In this document: in pieces, positions 13,401 to 26,699 of the stretch
Numbering within the stretch: position 1 is the stretch's first letter
Layout: each line of letters opens with the position of its first letter
From: Lama guanicoe
Lineage: Eukaryota
DNA: 64,000 bases
NCBI GenBank assembly: GCA_013239625.1
Contig: MU054187.1
Coordinates: 3,421,757-3,485,756, forward strand
Direction of reading: 5' to 3'
Program-made: the position numbers and the translations under genes
The notes under the pieces: generated by a model
The model's database searches: none
What the model saw: the letters and a program-made list of their open reading frames with translations, nothing else
What the model was told of the DNA's origin: nothing

Positions 13401-15916
13401 GGCATTAGTTTGCTTGAAGTGAAGAAGTATTTATTGGCTTGAACTACATAATTTTTAGTCTTTTCAACTCCAGAATTCTAACCTTTAAAATATATGTAGT
13501 TGTGAAAATACTAAAAAGTACAAGAAGGCTAAGGTTAGGAATTATTTTTAATTAGAACCCTTGAAAGTAACACATTAAGTTTCTTTTAAATTTCTTTCTA
13601 AACACTTGATAGCATTTTCAGTACTTGTTTTAATTACCCATCATCTGACTTTCCCAGCTAGAATGTAAAATTCATGAAAGCAGCTTTTTCTTTTCCCGAC
13701 CTCCACTGCCTAGAAAACCTATAAGCTGTTTATTCAGTAGTTACTGAGTAAAAGGATTTACTACCTTTTTAATAGACCTCAAGCCTCCCGTGTAAGACGT
13801 CTTCATTCCTCCTCCTGTGCACAGCGTCCGAGCCCAGGCGGCCCCTACAAAGGAGAGAGAGGAAGAAGGGCCCGGCCGTCTGGGTTTGCTTAGTGTGCTT
13901 GTACTTCTGGCCCTCAGGATGCCCCTGCAGGGGGAGGCAGCTGGCGGTCCTGCTTCTAGATGAGACGGCCAAGGCCTGGCCCTCTGAGCTGGTGCAGCAG
14001 ACTGTTGGCAGAGCTGGTGTTCGAGTTTGCCTCTGCGCTCTCTGCGGGGCCCGCCCTCGGAGATGCTTGGCTCTCGTTTCAGCTTGACTTTGGTTCTCTC
14101 AGCCCAGCCTCTTCTCCCGTCCTCTCCCTCCTCCCCTCTCTCAGCCCCCCACCCCCACCCCCGCCCAGGGAAAACTTCTGCTTGTCCATCTCACTTTCTT
14201 TAAACGAGTCACTGTTTAAAGGAACAGGGGAAATACTGCACTTGAGTTGTATCTTACTCATCTAAAAAGTACTATGAAATGATTATATTTCAAATATGCT
14301 AGTCAAAATGCCTTTTATTGGTTAAAGACAAAATTCTTCATTTGGCCCTTCCTTATGAAAAATCAGACTGACATGAAGATGACAAAAATAGAAAATAAAA
14401 CACTTAATTTCTGAGAATTGCTGCTCCGAGACTGCCTCGCTGCTTTTCATTCCTGGTTTCACTTCAGGTGCTGTATTTCTTATTAGCAGGTAGCAGTGTG
14501 TGTGCGCGCTTCTGATCATTGTAGCAGAGACCGTGTCTGACTTCTGTTGTCACCTGTTTCCATTGGTAAAAACACGGCCATCGCTCTTCTGTCTCTTCAT
14601 GGGCGGGGTTAGTGCTGACATGGTTACTGCCTTGGTGGGACTGCCTTTTTTTTCTTTTAGGAGACGGTACTTAGAATGACCTTTGCTGCTTCCCTGTTTC
14701 TGTACCTGTTAAGTTTCTCTAAGAGGAAGTTGAAATGCTTTAAAATACACACTCATTGCTGATGCACAGTGAATCTTAACCTTCTGCTCGATGCTGGTGC
14801 GGCATGTGTAACACCACTGAGATTAGATCTCTCACCTCCACACCAAACTAGACCGACAGCAGCTCACTTTGCAGACACACTGCTGCAGTTCTGCTGGCTA
14901 AATCACAGAGTTACAGATGCGCGTGTCCCTCCTGTTGGAGCCGGTGCCTCACACCCGGCACCCTTCTCCCACACTCGGTGTCTCCCGTCCTCGGACCCCA
15001 GGGCTTCCACGGCGTCCCCCGTCCCTTAAGCCTCACTGCTGCCCCTTCAGACTGGTCCCGGGTGAGGTCATCATGCTGGGAGGGTAGTATACTTGCTCGT
15101 CGTATGCCTAAGAGGTTGGATGAGAAAATGCTGGACTAAAAATTTTATCTCTGTAGGAACTTAGGTGAAAGCATTGCTGGTTTGAAGCATCCTTTGAGGG
15201 TAACTCTGGCAGTGGAGAGGGGATGGTGCTTTTAGCTTCCAGGTAAAGGGGTTAGTCACCATGTACTAGCAGACCTCAGAAAGAGCGATGTATTTACCAC
15301 AACAGAAAGCGGGTAGGGAGGGACTTAAAAATACACACACAAAGAGCAGCAGGTAGAGGAGGTGGTTCAAGCCGGGAGAACAGCGCAAGGGACCATGCAG
15401 AGAAGGAGGCGGTGTGGGTGGGAGAGACTGGGAGCCCCGTGAGGGTCGGCCCGTGTCTGCCTCGCACTCTGATGTTGTCCTGGGATCACGTAGCAGGACT
15501 CAGTGAATACTGTTGAATGAAGATCAGGGTAAAATGCAAAAGATAAGGTGAACAGCAGAAAAGTTTTCAGGAAAGGGAGTTACTCTTTAAATTTCTGTCT
15601 TAATAAATAAACCTGGAATTTGGGAAGGATATGTTCATTTTCTCTTCCTCTGAGGTCTGCAGCTTCTGGCACTGGCGTGATGAGGTCCTGCACAGTGACA
15701 CAGCACTGTGGTCTGGCCACGCCACCGAAAGTGCCTGAAACAACGTGTATGTCTGCCACCAAGTACCGCATCAATACCCACCTGGAAAGTGGCAGTGAAC
15801 ATTGGAGATGCCTCATTATTTGGAAGACTTAAATAAAAAGCCAGAGCAAGCATGTGAAAAGGTTTATTTTGAAATCATGCTTACGTATGTGTGATTTTCG
15901 TCTGTTCCATTTTTAG

Positions 15917-16039
<123 letters not shown>

Positions 16040-16930
16040 CCGAGGTGGCCCAAGGACAGAAGGTCATGAAGGAATCAGGACGTTCCTCACGTGACACGTT
16101 CCGAATTTCTCGTCTGTGTTCACTGGTATTTTGCACCCATAGGCTTATGTCACCACGTGAACTGGACACTTATGGGACACTAATGAATGTTAATGAAGTT
16201 CTTTGAGATCCTTGGAGAACGTTACCTGTATGTTGTACATAGGACAGTACGCGTCTGGGGGCAGCTGTGTGCTCTCCTGTGCGTGTGTGCGTGCACATGT
16301 GTGTAGGCCTATCTGTATTTTTTTAAATTAAGTGTTTTTACTGGTGTAAACTGAAGAGTCTCCGTGTCAGTGAATACACACAGGCCCGCCTCGGGGTGTC
16401 TCGTGGTGGTTCTGACTCCCATCTTCTGGACGTGCCCAGGTGACTTAACCAGCCCCCGTTGGTGGCCCTCGGGCTGTGTGGGGCGCTCTGCGGTTTCCAC
16501 TGGCTCCGGGCTTTGCTGCTCCTGGGTTTACAGAAGTGACAGACCTCTTCCACTCAGCATATAGATGCGTTTATTGACTGTTCTTTTCTCACAGTGTCTC
16601 ATCTTTGAGTCTTTTGCTTTTAAACATCCGATTATTTTATAAAGTTAGTGTTTTTTAAATGTCTATTAGAAAAGATGTGAAATGTATTTTTTATAACAGA
16701 AGTTTATAGTCTTTTTCTATTAAAGAAGAAGGGCATGTGTTGCTTGATTATTCATCCAAAAGTGTGTTGAATCATTTTTACAAATAGGTAAAAAGACAGG
16801 ACTCTGGCCATTGGGAATCTGGGATCTTTATCTTTTTAATAATGTGAGCTTGTAAACATTAAACAAAACCTGGTTTGGGCTGGAGTAGAGCTGAGGGGTT
16901 GAAATAAATTGGGGGAATTTACAATAAATA
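16040..16930 (+). terminator. TGS1: TGS1 3' UTR with candidate polyadenylation signals
   Basis: ATTAAA at 16719-16724 with a U-rich upstream region and GT-rich downstream region; AATAAA at 16903-16908 and 16923-16928. The actual cleavage site cannot be determined. Confidence 0.5.
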
Positions 16931-17229
16931 CTGGGGGAAAGTGCGTAAGAACCAGCTTTGTGGAGACAGGAGAAGCAGCGCTCACTTCAGTGTCTTGGAA
17001 CTTCACACCATTGCCTGATGGCCCTGCAGTAGCAGGTGAGCTGATCATTAAAAACAAATTTTTTATTAATTGCAGCATCAAAATCTGTCAGTGTTCTAGG
17101 TCTTCGGCACCTCCCTGTGCGCACGCGATGGGATGGGATGGGATTATATTATTGTGGCATTTGATTATTTTTAATTTAATACCTTAAAATTTCTCCATAG
17201 CAACACGTACACATCTTCGCTGTCATTTT

Positions 17230-18330
17230 TAACAGTCACATAATGCAGACCTGTGAGAGTTTCCGTAGCCATCCCCAACTACAAGTACTTGGGTTGTTCT
17301 CAACTTTTGCAATTGCAGATGGTGCTACAGTGTGTATTTTTAAGTAGCGTAGGTCCCTAGAAGTGAAATTTTTAGGTCAAAGTTCATGCTTGTTTTTTAA
17401 GCAGTGTATCATGTCACATTGTCCTCCAAAAATGTGCGTTCTCTCCAGCTATGCACGAAAGGGGCCAGTTTTCCCGACACCTTCAAAAAAGGTGCATGTT
17501 TTCACTTCTTAGTGTCACCAATCTGAACAATCAAATGTTGTCACTAAATGAATAGCTAACTGCTGCATCATTTTCTATTAAATGAACTAACGTTTCTCCA
17601 TTCATTTGAAATCTAACCTGTGTGTGCGCGTGCGTGTGCGTCCCCTTGGCCACGTGTCCCTTGCTGTGCTGTGTGCGGTTGACTGCGGTCGTCTTTGGTA
17701 CGTGTGTGGATAGTTGTGATTTCCCCTCTCGTTAGTGTCTTAGATTTTTCTTGGGTTTTCCTGAGCATTTTTACTGTTTTAGATGAACTTGAATTTATCA
17801 AGTTCTATTTTTAAAATCCTTTGGGATTTTTGGTGTTCAGTTTAGGAAGAGTGGTGTCTTCGTAGCATTGAACCTTCAATCGAAAGACTGGCTACGTCCC
17901 TCCACATTCTGATCTTTTCTTTCAGTAAGGCTGCATCATTTTCACTGTGTAAATCTTGCATGGTTTTTACCGAGTTCATCGCTTGATGCTTCCCACTTTT
18001 TGATGTGGAATAGGCTCTTCCTTGCTGCATATTCTAACAGGAGTATTATTTGTAACAGTGCTTTTCATCTCTTCCTTATGTCCAGTCACCTCACAAAACT
18101 CATTTTGATAGTTCCAACAGCTTTTCGGTTACTTCCCTCTGACTTTCTAAATAAGCAGTCATGACATCCACGTGAGTTGTTTTCTTTGCCAATGTATATG
18201 CCTCTTAATTCTTTTTCTTTTCCTGGCGCATTTGTGAGGACACCAGGACTGTCATGATAATGTCACTTACTCCTTGCTTTTTTATTTTGCGGTGAACGGT
18301 TCGAAGCATTTGTTTGAATGTTATCGAAGC
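17230..18330 (-). mobile_element. Old L1 (L1MC/ME-type) ORF2/3' fragment
   Basis: Minus-strand translation DLHSENDAALLKE...WRDVASLSIEG resembles late L1 ORF2; highly decayed. Confidence 0.55.
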
Positions 18331-19644
18331 CTGCATTAAAATTAAAGATACTGCTTTTCTTTCCTAGGGTTTTTTGTTTTTATATAATCTGATAAAGTAC
18401 TAAATTACTTTTAAAATTTCAAATTATCCAGCTACATCTGCATTTTGTCATTAAATCCTGCTCTATCATGTGACATGTTTAGTTCACTACTGGACTTCAC
18501 TGGAGGAGTTTGTTTTGTCTTGTTTGTTTTTTGTGCACCTTGCTTGGTTTTGGTATTATAGTTAGACTTCTGGTGGAATGCTCTGGAAATTATTTTATTT
18601 TTTTTTCTGTGTCTTAAGTAACATTAACCTTTTTATTCAGGTCTCTTTAATGTCTTGATAAGGTTTATTTTTAATTTATAATTCCCTGAAAAATACCCAC
18701 CCACTCAGGTTTTGGTTTACTGATGGAAAGTTAGTACATTATCTCATGGTATTTATTTTCATTCCTTAACTTTTCACGTTTTAATAATTTCTGTCATACA
18801 AAGGTTGAAAAACTAGCACAAAAATAATTTCCATATACAGTGTACTCATCTTCCCAAATGTGAATGTCTTATCTCAGACTGCACGTAAGTGGACCCAGGC
18901 AATTCTGGAGGAAATAGCAGAAGGACCTACAGGGCGATGTGAAATGCTCCCCAGACCCTCGCCATCAGGGTCACGGTCTGACCAGCCAGAGGTGAGACTT
19001 AAGCCAAACCGTGGGCACTGTCTGCTCCCATCCTGGTTTCCCCGAGTCTGTGTCAATATGTATTGTTAGTTTTTTTTTTCCTTCCACTCAGCTAATTTTT
19101 TAAAACTTCAAACTGATTTGAAAAAGAATTTCAAATAATACCACAAATGAAAAATCATTATGCCTTTTAATATTTGTATATTAATTTTTTTTTTAAGTTC
19201 ATCCATTTACTTCCTAAATGGTACCCAACTGAGAAGCAGTGGAATGGATGGTGGTGAGTGGCAGAGACGAGACAGCACCACCTGGCCCTCGGGGAGCGGG
19301 GACGTGAGACAGGGCTGCTTGCTGGGCAAGCGGGAAGGCTGCCCTTGGAGCTGGAACAGACATTCCAAGAAAGGAAACAGCATTTAGACGGCACGAGGGC
19401 AAAAGAATGCCGAGTACAGTGAGGCCTCTGCGAACGTCGAAGTCCTGAGGAAGCCGCGTGCCCTGTGCCAGGGAGGCAGTGCTCCTGAGCACAGTGGGGG
19501 CCTCTTACTAACACGAGGGGAAGGCCACTGCAGCTGCCCGCAGTGAGGCCTGTAAACAGCGTGTCAGGAAAGCCGCAGCCACCAGTGTGTTTCATGGAAA
19601 CATTCTTTTGGCCGCAGACAGAGCACAGATGCTGCCAGAAGCTT

Positions 19645-19950
19645 GTTTTTGTTTTTGTTTTGTTTTGTTTTTTACCGAAGTTTAGCTGATTTACAATGTT
19701 GTGTTAGTTTCTGGTGTACAGAACAGTGCTTCCGTTATACGCACGTATTCTTTTTCATCACAGGTTATTACAAGCTACTGAGCGTAGTTCCCTGTGCTGC
19801 ACCGTAGGGCCTTGTTGTTTTTCCGTTTTAAATACAGTAGTTTGTATCTGCAAATCCCAAACTCCTAATTTATCCCTCCCCACCCTCTTCCCTCTTTGGG
19901 AACCATGGGTTTGTTTGCTACGTCTGCGAGTCTGTTTCTGTTTTGTGTTT
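19645..19950 (-). mobile_element. Artiodactyl/camelid L1 3' end
   Basis: gatttacaatgttgtgttagtttctggtgtacag...tgtatctgcaaatcccaaactcc, with a T-rich tail. Confidence 0.85.
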
Positions 19951-20329
19951 GCCATGCGTGCTCACAGACCACTGAAGTCTACCTGTGGTCCCCATAGTGG
20001 CCCAGAGTCCAGACGGAGGAACCCCCACAGAAAGATCTCTCACGCAAGAACTAGGCCCGTGGGAGGAAGCTTTCATCCGCAGTCAGTGATGTGCGCGTGG
20101 CGGCGAGTGAGGATGGAGTGGAGGGGCCGACCTGAGGGGTGAAGGAGGCAGAGCCTGCGGGAGGGGGAGGCAGGTAGTGTCAACCCTTTACTCACATTCC
20201 CCATGGACGCTCAGTTCCTGGAGACCCTGTAAGACAAAACCATCTTTTCTGCAAGAGAAGAGGGGGTTAATTCTGTGACTAAGCGAGATGTTTGGCGGAA
20301 ACAATGAAGAATATCCGTGGGAGTCACCC

Positions 20330-20640
20330 AGCTCTGCACGGTCCCATAGAAATACAACAGGAGCCACGAGCATATTGTACATTTTCCAGCAGCCATGTTC
20401 AAAGGTAGAAGCAAAGAGGTGAAATTAGTTTTAACAGTATATTTAACTATTGAAAAATTATTGACACATGTAAATGGTATAAAAAATTATTAATGAGATA
20501 GTTCACTTTTTCTCCAAGTTTTCAACATCTGGTGTGTTTTTTAAGTTTACAGTACATCTCAGTTTGTACCAGTGGCACTTCAAGTATGTATTTACTAATC
20601 ACATGTCTGGTTGCTGATGGTTCCCATTAAATAGTACAGG
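20330..20640. mobile_element. hAT-Charlie element (MER33-like)
   Basis: ccatagaaatacaa...agaggtgaaattagttttaa...acatctcagtttg...cacatgtctgg. Confidence 0.65.
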
Positions 20641-22479
20641 CCTAGATTTCTGGAAAAAAAAAACTTTTTTTTTCATGTTGAGGGTTTTGGTACCTTAGAA
20701 ATGAATCTCAAACGTTTAGGAATCTAGACTGCATCCTGAGGTGACAGAGGGCAACAAGGACTTCTTTCAGCTGTTAAGTGAAATGCCCGAAGTTGCACTT
20801 TGCAGCACAGGATGAAGCACGGTGAAAGCCGCCCCCTCCCAGCCAGAAACGGTGAACGCAGACGCTGAAGGCTTTTGCTGTAACGGTTACAGCCACCTGC
20901 TCCTGAGCCTGGGCCGGCTGCGGCTGCGGGCCTTGGGTGAAGGGCCTGAGTCCGGCCGGGCCTGACGGCCTCTCCCTGGGAGGCGGTGGAGAGCTCAGGT
21001 TCCAGGAAGGACAGACCTCCCTTCCCAGGGACGGGAGAACTGTTCATTGTTTTAAGACAGAATGCCTCCTTCATTCAAATTCATTTTCTTTAAGTGATTT
21101 TTCTAGTAAATAGATAGGAAAAAAATGCACCTAAACATTCATTTACATGCGGAAATGCAAATAGTCTGCAAACACAAGAAATCTATTTCTTCTCCCTAAC
21201 AATCATGTATTAGATAAGCGTGCCAACCACCGCTGAACTTCGGGGATTCACGGGATCAGTTAAAGCAGCCTTAAGATAAACCTGTATCTCATCAGTTAGT
21301 TTAAAAACAGTAACATCCAGGGCTAGGCTGTTCAGATAAAACGATCCCCTGTTCACTTGTTCACCATTAGCGCCGCCTGCAGCAGCAGGGGGTGAAATCT
21401 GAAGCGTCTCGCAGCTCACTTCCCACTCAAGCCTGTGGCTGCAACTCAAGGATTTAAGTTCCAACAGGTACCTTGTAATCTAACGCGGTTTCTGGTCTCT
21501 AGTGCCTCATCCTTGGGTCCTGCCGTTGCCCCTGCGCCCTCAACGTGGTGCATTGATTGGACTGGACGTCCACAGCTGTCTGTTCCCATTTTGCCTCAGG
21601 ACATGTTCCTGGTCCATCCTGGCCTCTGCTATCCCGGGCCGATCCGGATAAACTGCTGTTGTCGCTCACCTGACTGCTGGCTCTGTGTCCTAAGGAAACA
21701 CTCGGGGGAGATGGAGGGGAAGGCACACCAAGATGGAGCTGGCCACGTAGACGTCCCCAGGGTCCAGATGCGCCGCACCACGTAGACAGAGCTCGTGGTC
21801 TCCTTATCCGTCTCTCGTCAGTCCCAGGATTATAGCCCCTCAGAGGAGGGAGGTCTTATCCCTCGGGCAGGTCGTAGCAAAGGGATTCATCTTTCCAGGC
21901 GCTCAAAGAATGTGAAGTTGACTCTCCTCCTTTACAGGCATCAAAGGAACGGGCGTTAGACATCCAGATGCGATTGGGGCCCGGTTGCCTGGCTCCGGGG
22001 GTCAGCACTCTCTGAGCTCCGTGCTGGGGAAGCCACAGCCTGTCTACGCCGTGTGGCCTGCGATTCTTCCGTGGAGATACTGCCTGATCCGTGGACTGTC
22101 TCAGCTGGATGGGGCTCTTAACAGTTGGGCAATAAACAGCCATCCGGGATGCTACGTTTCCTTTGGGGAAGACCTGAGATGGACGCGGGGTTATGGTGAG
22201 AGATATTATAATTCTCGTGATGGAGCCTAGGGATGACTGTAAGGGACAAAGCCATTCCTCCCGTGTGCAGAGACCATCCTACCTGAAGGGGTCCCATCAC
22301 GATGGTCCATTTGGTTCCTTGGCATTTGGTTACGTCTCAGACAGAAGAGGAGAGTGAGTGGGAAGGCTGTGGGAGGTGAGGACCCAGTCAGAACACTTCT
22401 GTCCCTGACAGTTACAGAGAAGTAGGCCAGTGCCCTGGAGAAGGCTCCTGCAAGGCCAGAGACAAGGCCATTGTTGGAG

Positions 22480-22790
22480 CAGCAGTGTCGAATGGAAGTG
22501 TGACCCCAGTCGCACATACGATTGTTAATGTTCTCGTAGCTGCGTTAAATTAGGAGAAAAGAAGCAGGTGAAATTAATCTTAACCATATATTTTATTTAA
22601 TCCCAAGTATCCAAAATATTATCATGAAATTGACATAAAGTTAATACATTCTGCATCTTCTTTTGGTACCAAGTCTTTGAAACCAGGAGCATGTTTTCCA
22701 CTTTGGAGAGCATCTCACATCGGACCTGCCGGCATTTCTAGTTCTCCCGAGCCACAGGCTGCCTCCTGGATGGAGAAGCCTGCAGACTGG
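22480..22790. mobile_element. hAT-Charlie element (MER33-like), second copy
   Basis: aggtgaaattaatcttaa...atattttatttaa...tatccaaaatattatc; similar to the copy at 20330. Confidence 0.6.
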
Positions 22791-25700
22791 CAGGGAGCTG
22801 AGGGGGTGGTCCCGGGGCCGTGAGCTCACCCACTGGAAGCAGAGGTCAGATCAGCACCGTCAGAACCCTGTTCCTTTCACACGGTGGCTGCAGTTAGGCT
22901 CTAAGTGGTTCCTGCTTTGGTCGCCCATCACTTTGCTGTAGATGCCAGGCCGCTGTGTCCTGTGCCGTAAGTCAGTCCTGGGGTTCACCTCTCTGAGCCT
23001 TTCATCGGTACACTTGGCGTAATGTAAAGAGGAGCAGCCCCGGGCTGGGGTCGGAACTGTGGGTGACAGGGAATCACAGAGGGATGCAAGGCAGGGAGGC
23101 TGCCCGGGGGGCTGGCAGCCCCTGTCCACTCCGAGCTCAGCCTTCCAGCGTTTCTGTGCTGTGGCCCGGAGGGCAGCAGAAGCAGTGCCCTCACAGGGGC
23201 TCAGAGAAGTGGGGCCTGCAAATCGATGGAGACGGAGGAAAGAGGGAATGAAATAAAAGGTAACAGACGGGAGACACAGGTAAGAAACCTCAAGCTGCTG
23301 CTTGGAATTCAGAGCCTACAGGAGCCACTCAGGGGCTGCCTTTCGCGTGGTCAAGACAAGACACAGTGTGTTGCAAACCTTTAGAAAGAAAAGAGACAAG
23401 TAGATCAACGATTGCTACAGAAGGACCGGCCCCGCCTGCGCAGGGGGCGAATGGACCTGAGGGAAACCCTCAGGACTGACACCACCGGCAGCAAAGGAAA
23501 TAATGACCCTCGTCCGCAGGTTTGGGCGAAACTTGGGACACTCCTCTGGTGATCAAAAGTAGTATCGTAGGTGACTGCATGTGTGAAAACAAACAAGGAC
23601 AAAACATAACCCTGTTGAGAAAGAAAATCCTTCAGGTCCACACCGGGTTGCAGGTCAGGCATTTGAATGGAAGGGCCCGCATTCCGCCCCAGGAGTGGCC
23701 CAGCGGATGAAGGTTTCTCCTGCCCGGGTTCCGTAGAAGCCTCCGGAGTGCCCGTCCGCGTCCACCAGGAACAGCAGAGCCTTTGTTCAGCAAATCACAA
23801 TGAGGAGCTTGTAGGGGTGACCTGGGTACCGTGACACCCTAACGGAGATTCCCTTTGGAAGCCTCCTGGGGTCTGAGACTGATGGCTGGGAGCAGGGGGT
23901 GAGGCACAAAAGGCATTCAGAAACCTTATCTCCCTGGTCTCCACCCCTCCCCTGAAGCCATCGGGGCTCCCAGAGAAGACCGTGTGGGTGGCGGTTGGAG
24001 CCATTATCTCGCCCTCACAATCTCTCCAACCCTGCCCTGGATTCCTCATGACTCAGCCTGGGCCCAGGCGGTGAAGACGTAGCCTGCTCAGTTACCCCTC
24101 CTGAAGGTGCGTTTCTGCACATTTCAGATAGTGCGCATCCAGAGAGCTCACTCCGACTCACACAAGGTAGCTCCCACTTCTCTCTGCAGAGCATCTGCAC
24201 CTTCACACGCAGACCACGGGGACAGAGCTGGGTGAGGAACAGCGGGCATCGGTCTTCACAGCCACACAGCCGCACAGACGTCTTGCTTGGAGGACCTCAT
24301 TCATTCCACAGCCTTCCATGAGACCGGCTTTGCTGGCGGTGCTGAGCTGGGCACTGGGGACACAAAGGCCACCAGCCCTCCCCATCCTCTCTACCTTGAA
24401 GGAAGCCAGCTCTTCATCAAAATGAGGTCCCCCGGAGTTATAGGCATAAATGTGCATGTTAGATAAGGCAAAAAATAAGGTTGGAAAGCTGCCAAATTAC
24501 ACATACCCCCTACCGCTAGGGAGGTGTGCAGGGCATTTTTGGTGAGTGAGTCCTTTGGAAAATCAGGACAGAACACTGCTTAGGGAACAGAGTGGAAGCT
24601 TTCAGCTAGAAATTGAAGAGCAGTTTGGAGTTTGGTTTTTAAGGAACTTGCAAGGTCCGAAACATCAGATCCTAGAGACTGAAGCCTGGAATCCAGAAGG
24701 GACTTTAATGACAACCTAAATGGCCTCATTCGAATGAGGAACCAAACCGAACCAAACCAAACTGGAGGAGGGGCGATGAACTTTACATTCTGTGAAAGCT
24801 TGGGAGTCACAGCCACCCAGTCCTGGCTCCCTGTGGTCCAGCATCTCGTGTCACCAGCAGAGGGCGTGGTGCTAGGTCTTCCCAGTGCTCTGGGGGGTCC
24901 TGTGGTCCCATTGCAGGACCTGCTCCAGGGATGCAGTTTTCATTCATTTTCCCAAACACTTAACTAATTTACTGGAGAGAGAAAAAAAAATCCCTTCATT
25001 AGCACCCAAATCCTTCCTTGCTTCCTAGCAGCTCCTGTGTTCAGCACTGTTACCACAGCAGTTACTGAATTTGTGAGGAGAGAGAAGAGGGCTTGCAGCC
25101 TCGACTAAAGGCTGGTCAGACCCAGGAGAGCTGCGCCCTCCAGTCTCCCCATCGTGGAGCAGAGTGAAACAGGGTAACATCCCGGCTGGCCAGAGCGCCT
25201 TACCAGGTCCGCAGGGGACGGGCCAGCTGTGAGCCGGTTGATCAGCCAGGAGGAAGCCCCGGGAATGGAGAAGTGAGAACATTTCAGCCTCGTAACTAAG
25301 CGCACAGCCACCCTGACGGTGGCCGGAAAACCGCAAATGGAAAAAGAAAAAAACTGCCCTGTGAAGTCTTTGAGAACTTGCAGTCAGGCCCTATGCCCGC
25401 CCCACAGCTCGGTTTCCTTGCCCGAATTCAAACAAACAAACAAACACTTTTCTTGCTCATTGCAGAGGCCCTCTCCCGCGCGGCTCCCAGGTTCTGAACC
25501 TCGCAAAGGGCTGGGCTGAGAAAGGCAAGACTGGCAGGTCATCTTCGGCCGGAGTTGCAAGGAAGGTGAGTTTGGTGAGTACAGTCTAGGCAAGGCGGGA
25601 ATTGGGACCCCGAGTCCGTCAGCCTGGGCCCTGCAGCCGGGGCTGCCGCCCTGGTTCTGTGAGACCTAAGCTGCGTGACAGTTCTGAGCTCCATGCCCTC

Positions 25701-26134
25701 ATCAGCACTGTGCAGCCAATGGCGGCGTTTCTCTCCCAGCCTTTGTGAAGAGCAAATGCGATTAAGCCCAAGAAAATCACTCCTTAAAGCCTTAAAGCCC
25801 TGTTTCCATCTTGGCTTGACTGTTAACTGGAAGGACCACTCACCAAAAGGAAAGAAAGAGAATGGCTCACGTAGAAACGCCATGTCGACCCCATGCCGAC
25901 TTTCCCCCTCTCTTCTCTCACTTCTTCTTTTTTCATAGAATCGAGTTACACATTTTGTTATTAGGTTAAGTCAATAAACATCTGGTGGCTTCTACACAGG
26001 CTTGGGTTGAAGTGCCCTCAAGAACCTCACCATCTAGTTCCGGAAAAAACACATAAACGCGTTAGAAGCTTTTCAGTGGCACTCAGGTCAAATGGCAGAA
26101 CTTGAACGGGACCGCTCTCACTGGTGCACGGTTC

Positions 26135-26517
26135 GTTACTAACAGTTGGCTATGGCTGTCACCACAAGTACCAGAGACCAGGAGGCTTACGCCCCAGAAA
26201 TTACTTTTCTCGCAGCAATGGAGACCAGAAGTCCACGGTCAGGTGCCGTGGGCGGCTTCTCCTAAGGCCTCTCTCCTGGGCTTGAGGGCGGCCGTCTTCT
26301 CCCCGTGTCCACACACGGTCTTCCCTTCCTGTGTGTCTGCATCTTCGTCTCTTCTTACAAGGACACCAGGCTGTTTGGATTCTGACCCACCCTCACGAGT
26401 TCTTTTTACCTCAATCAACTCTTCACAGACCTCTCTCCAAACACAGTCACATTCTGAGGTTGTGGGAATGAGGGCTCCAGCGTATGGATTCGGGGGAACA
26501 CAGCTCAACCCAAAACA
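26135..26517 (-). mobile_element. MaLR solo LTR (MLT1A/B-like)
   Basis: ...cttcttacaaggacacca...aaacacagtcacattctgagg...acacagctcaacccaaaaca end. Confidence 0.8.
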
Positions 26518-26699
26518 ATTGCTAACACAGCGTACAGTTACCAAAGAAACAGCGGTTCAGATGCTGCAGACAAGTCCTCGATGGGCCGCAGAGGGACTCC
26601 TTACAGAGGCTCAGACCCATCCCAACATGCAGGTCTTTCTTTGGTTCTTGTGATGGTGAGCTGCCTGGAAGTATGTACTATTTAAATAATTTGTTATCC

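Noticed and set aside
15668..15735. Hammerhead ribozyme reading of the intron-12 hairpin
   Set aside because: The core is GUGAUGA rather than CUGAUGA, the cleavage position would be G, and stem I is absent.
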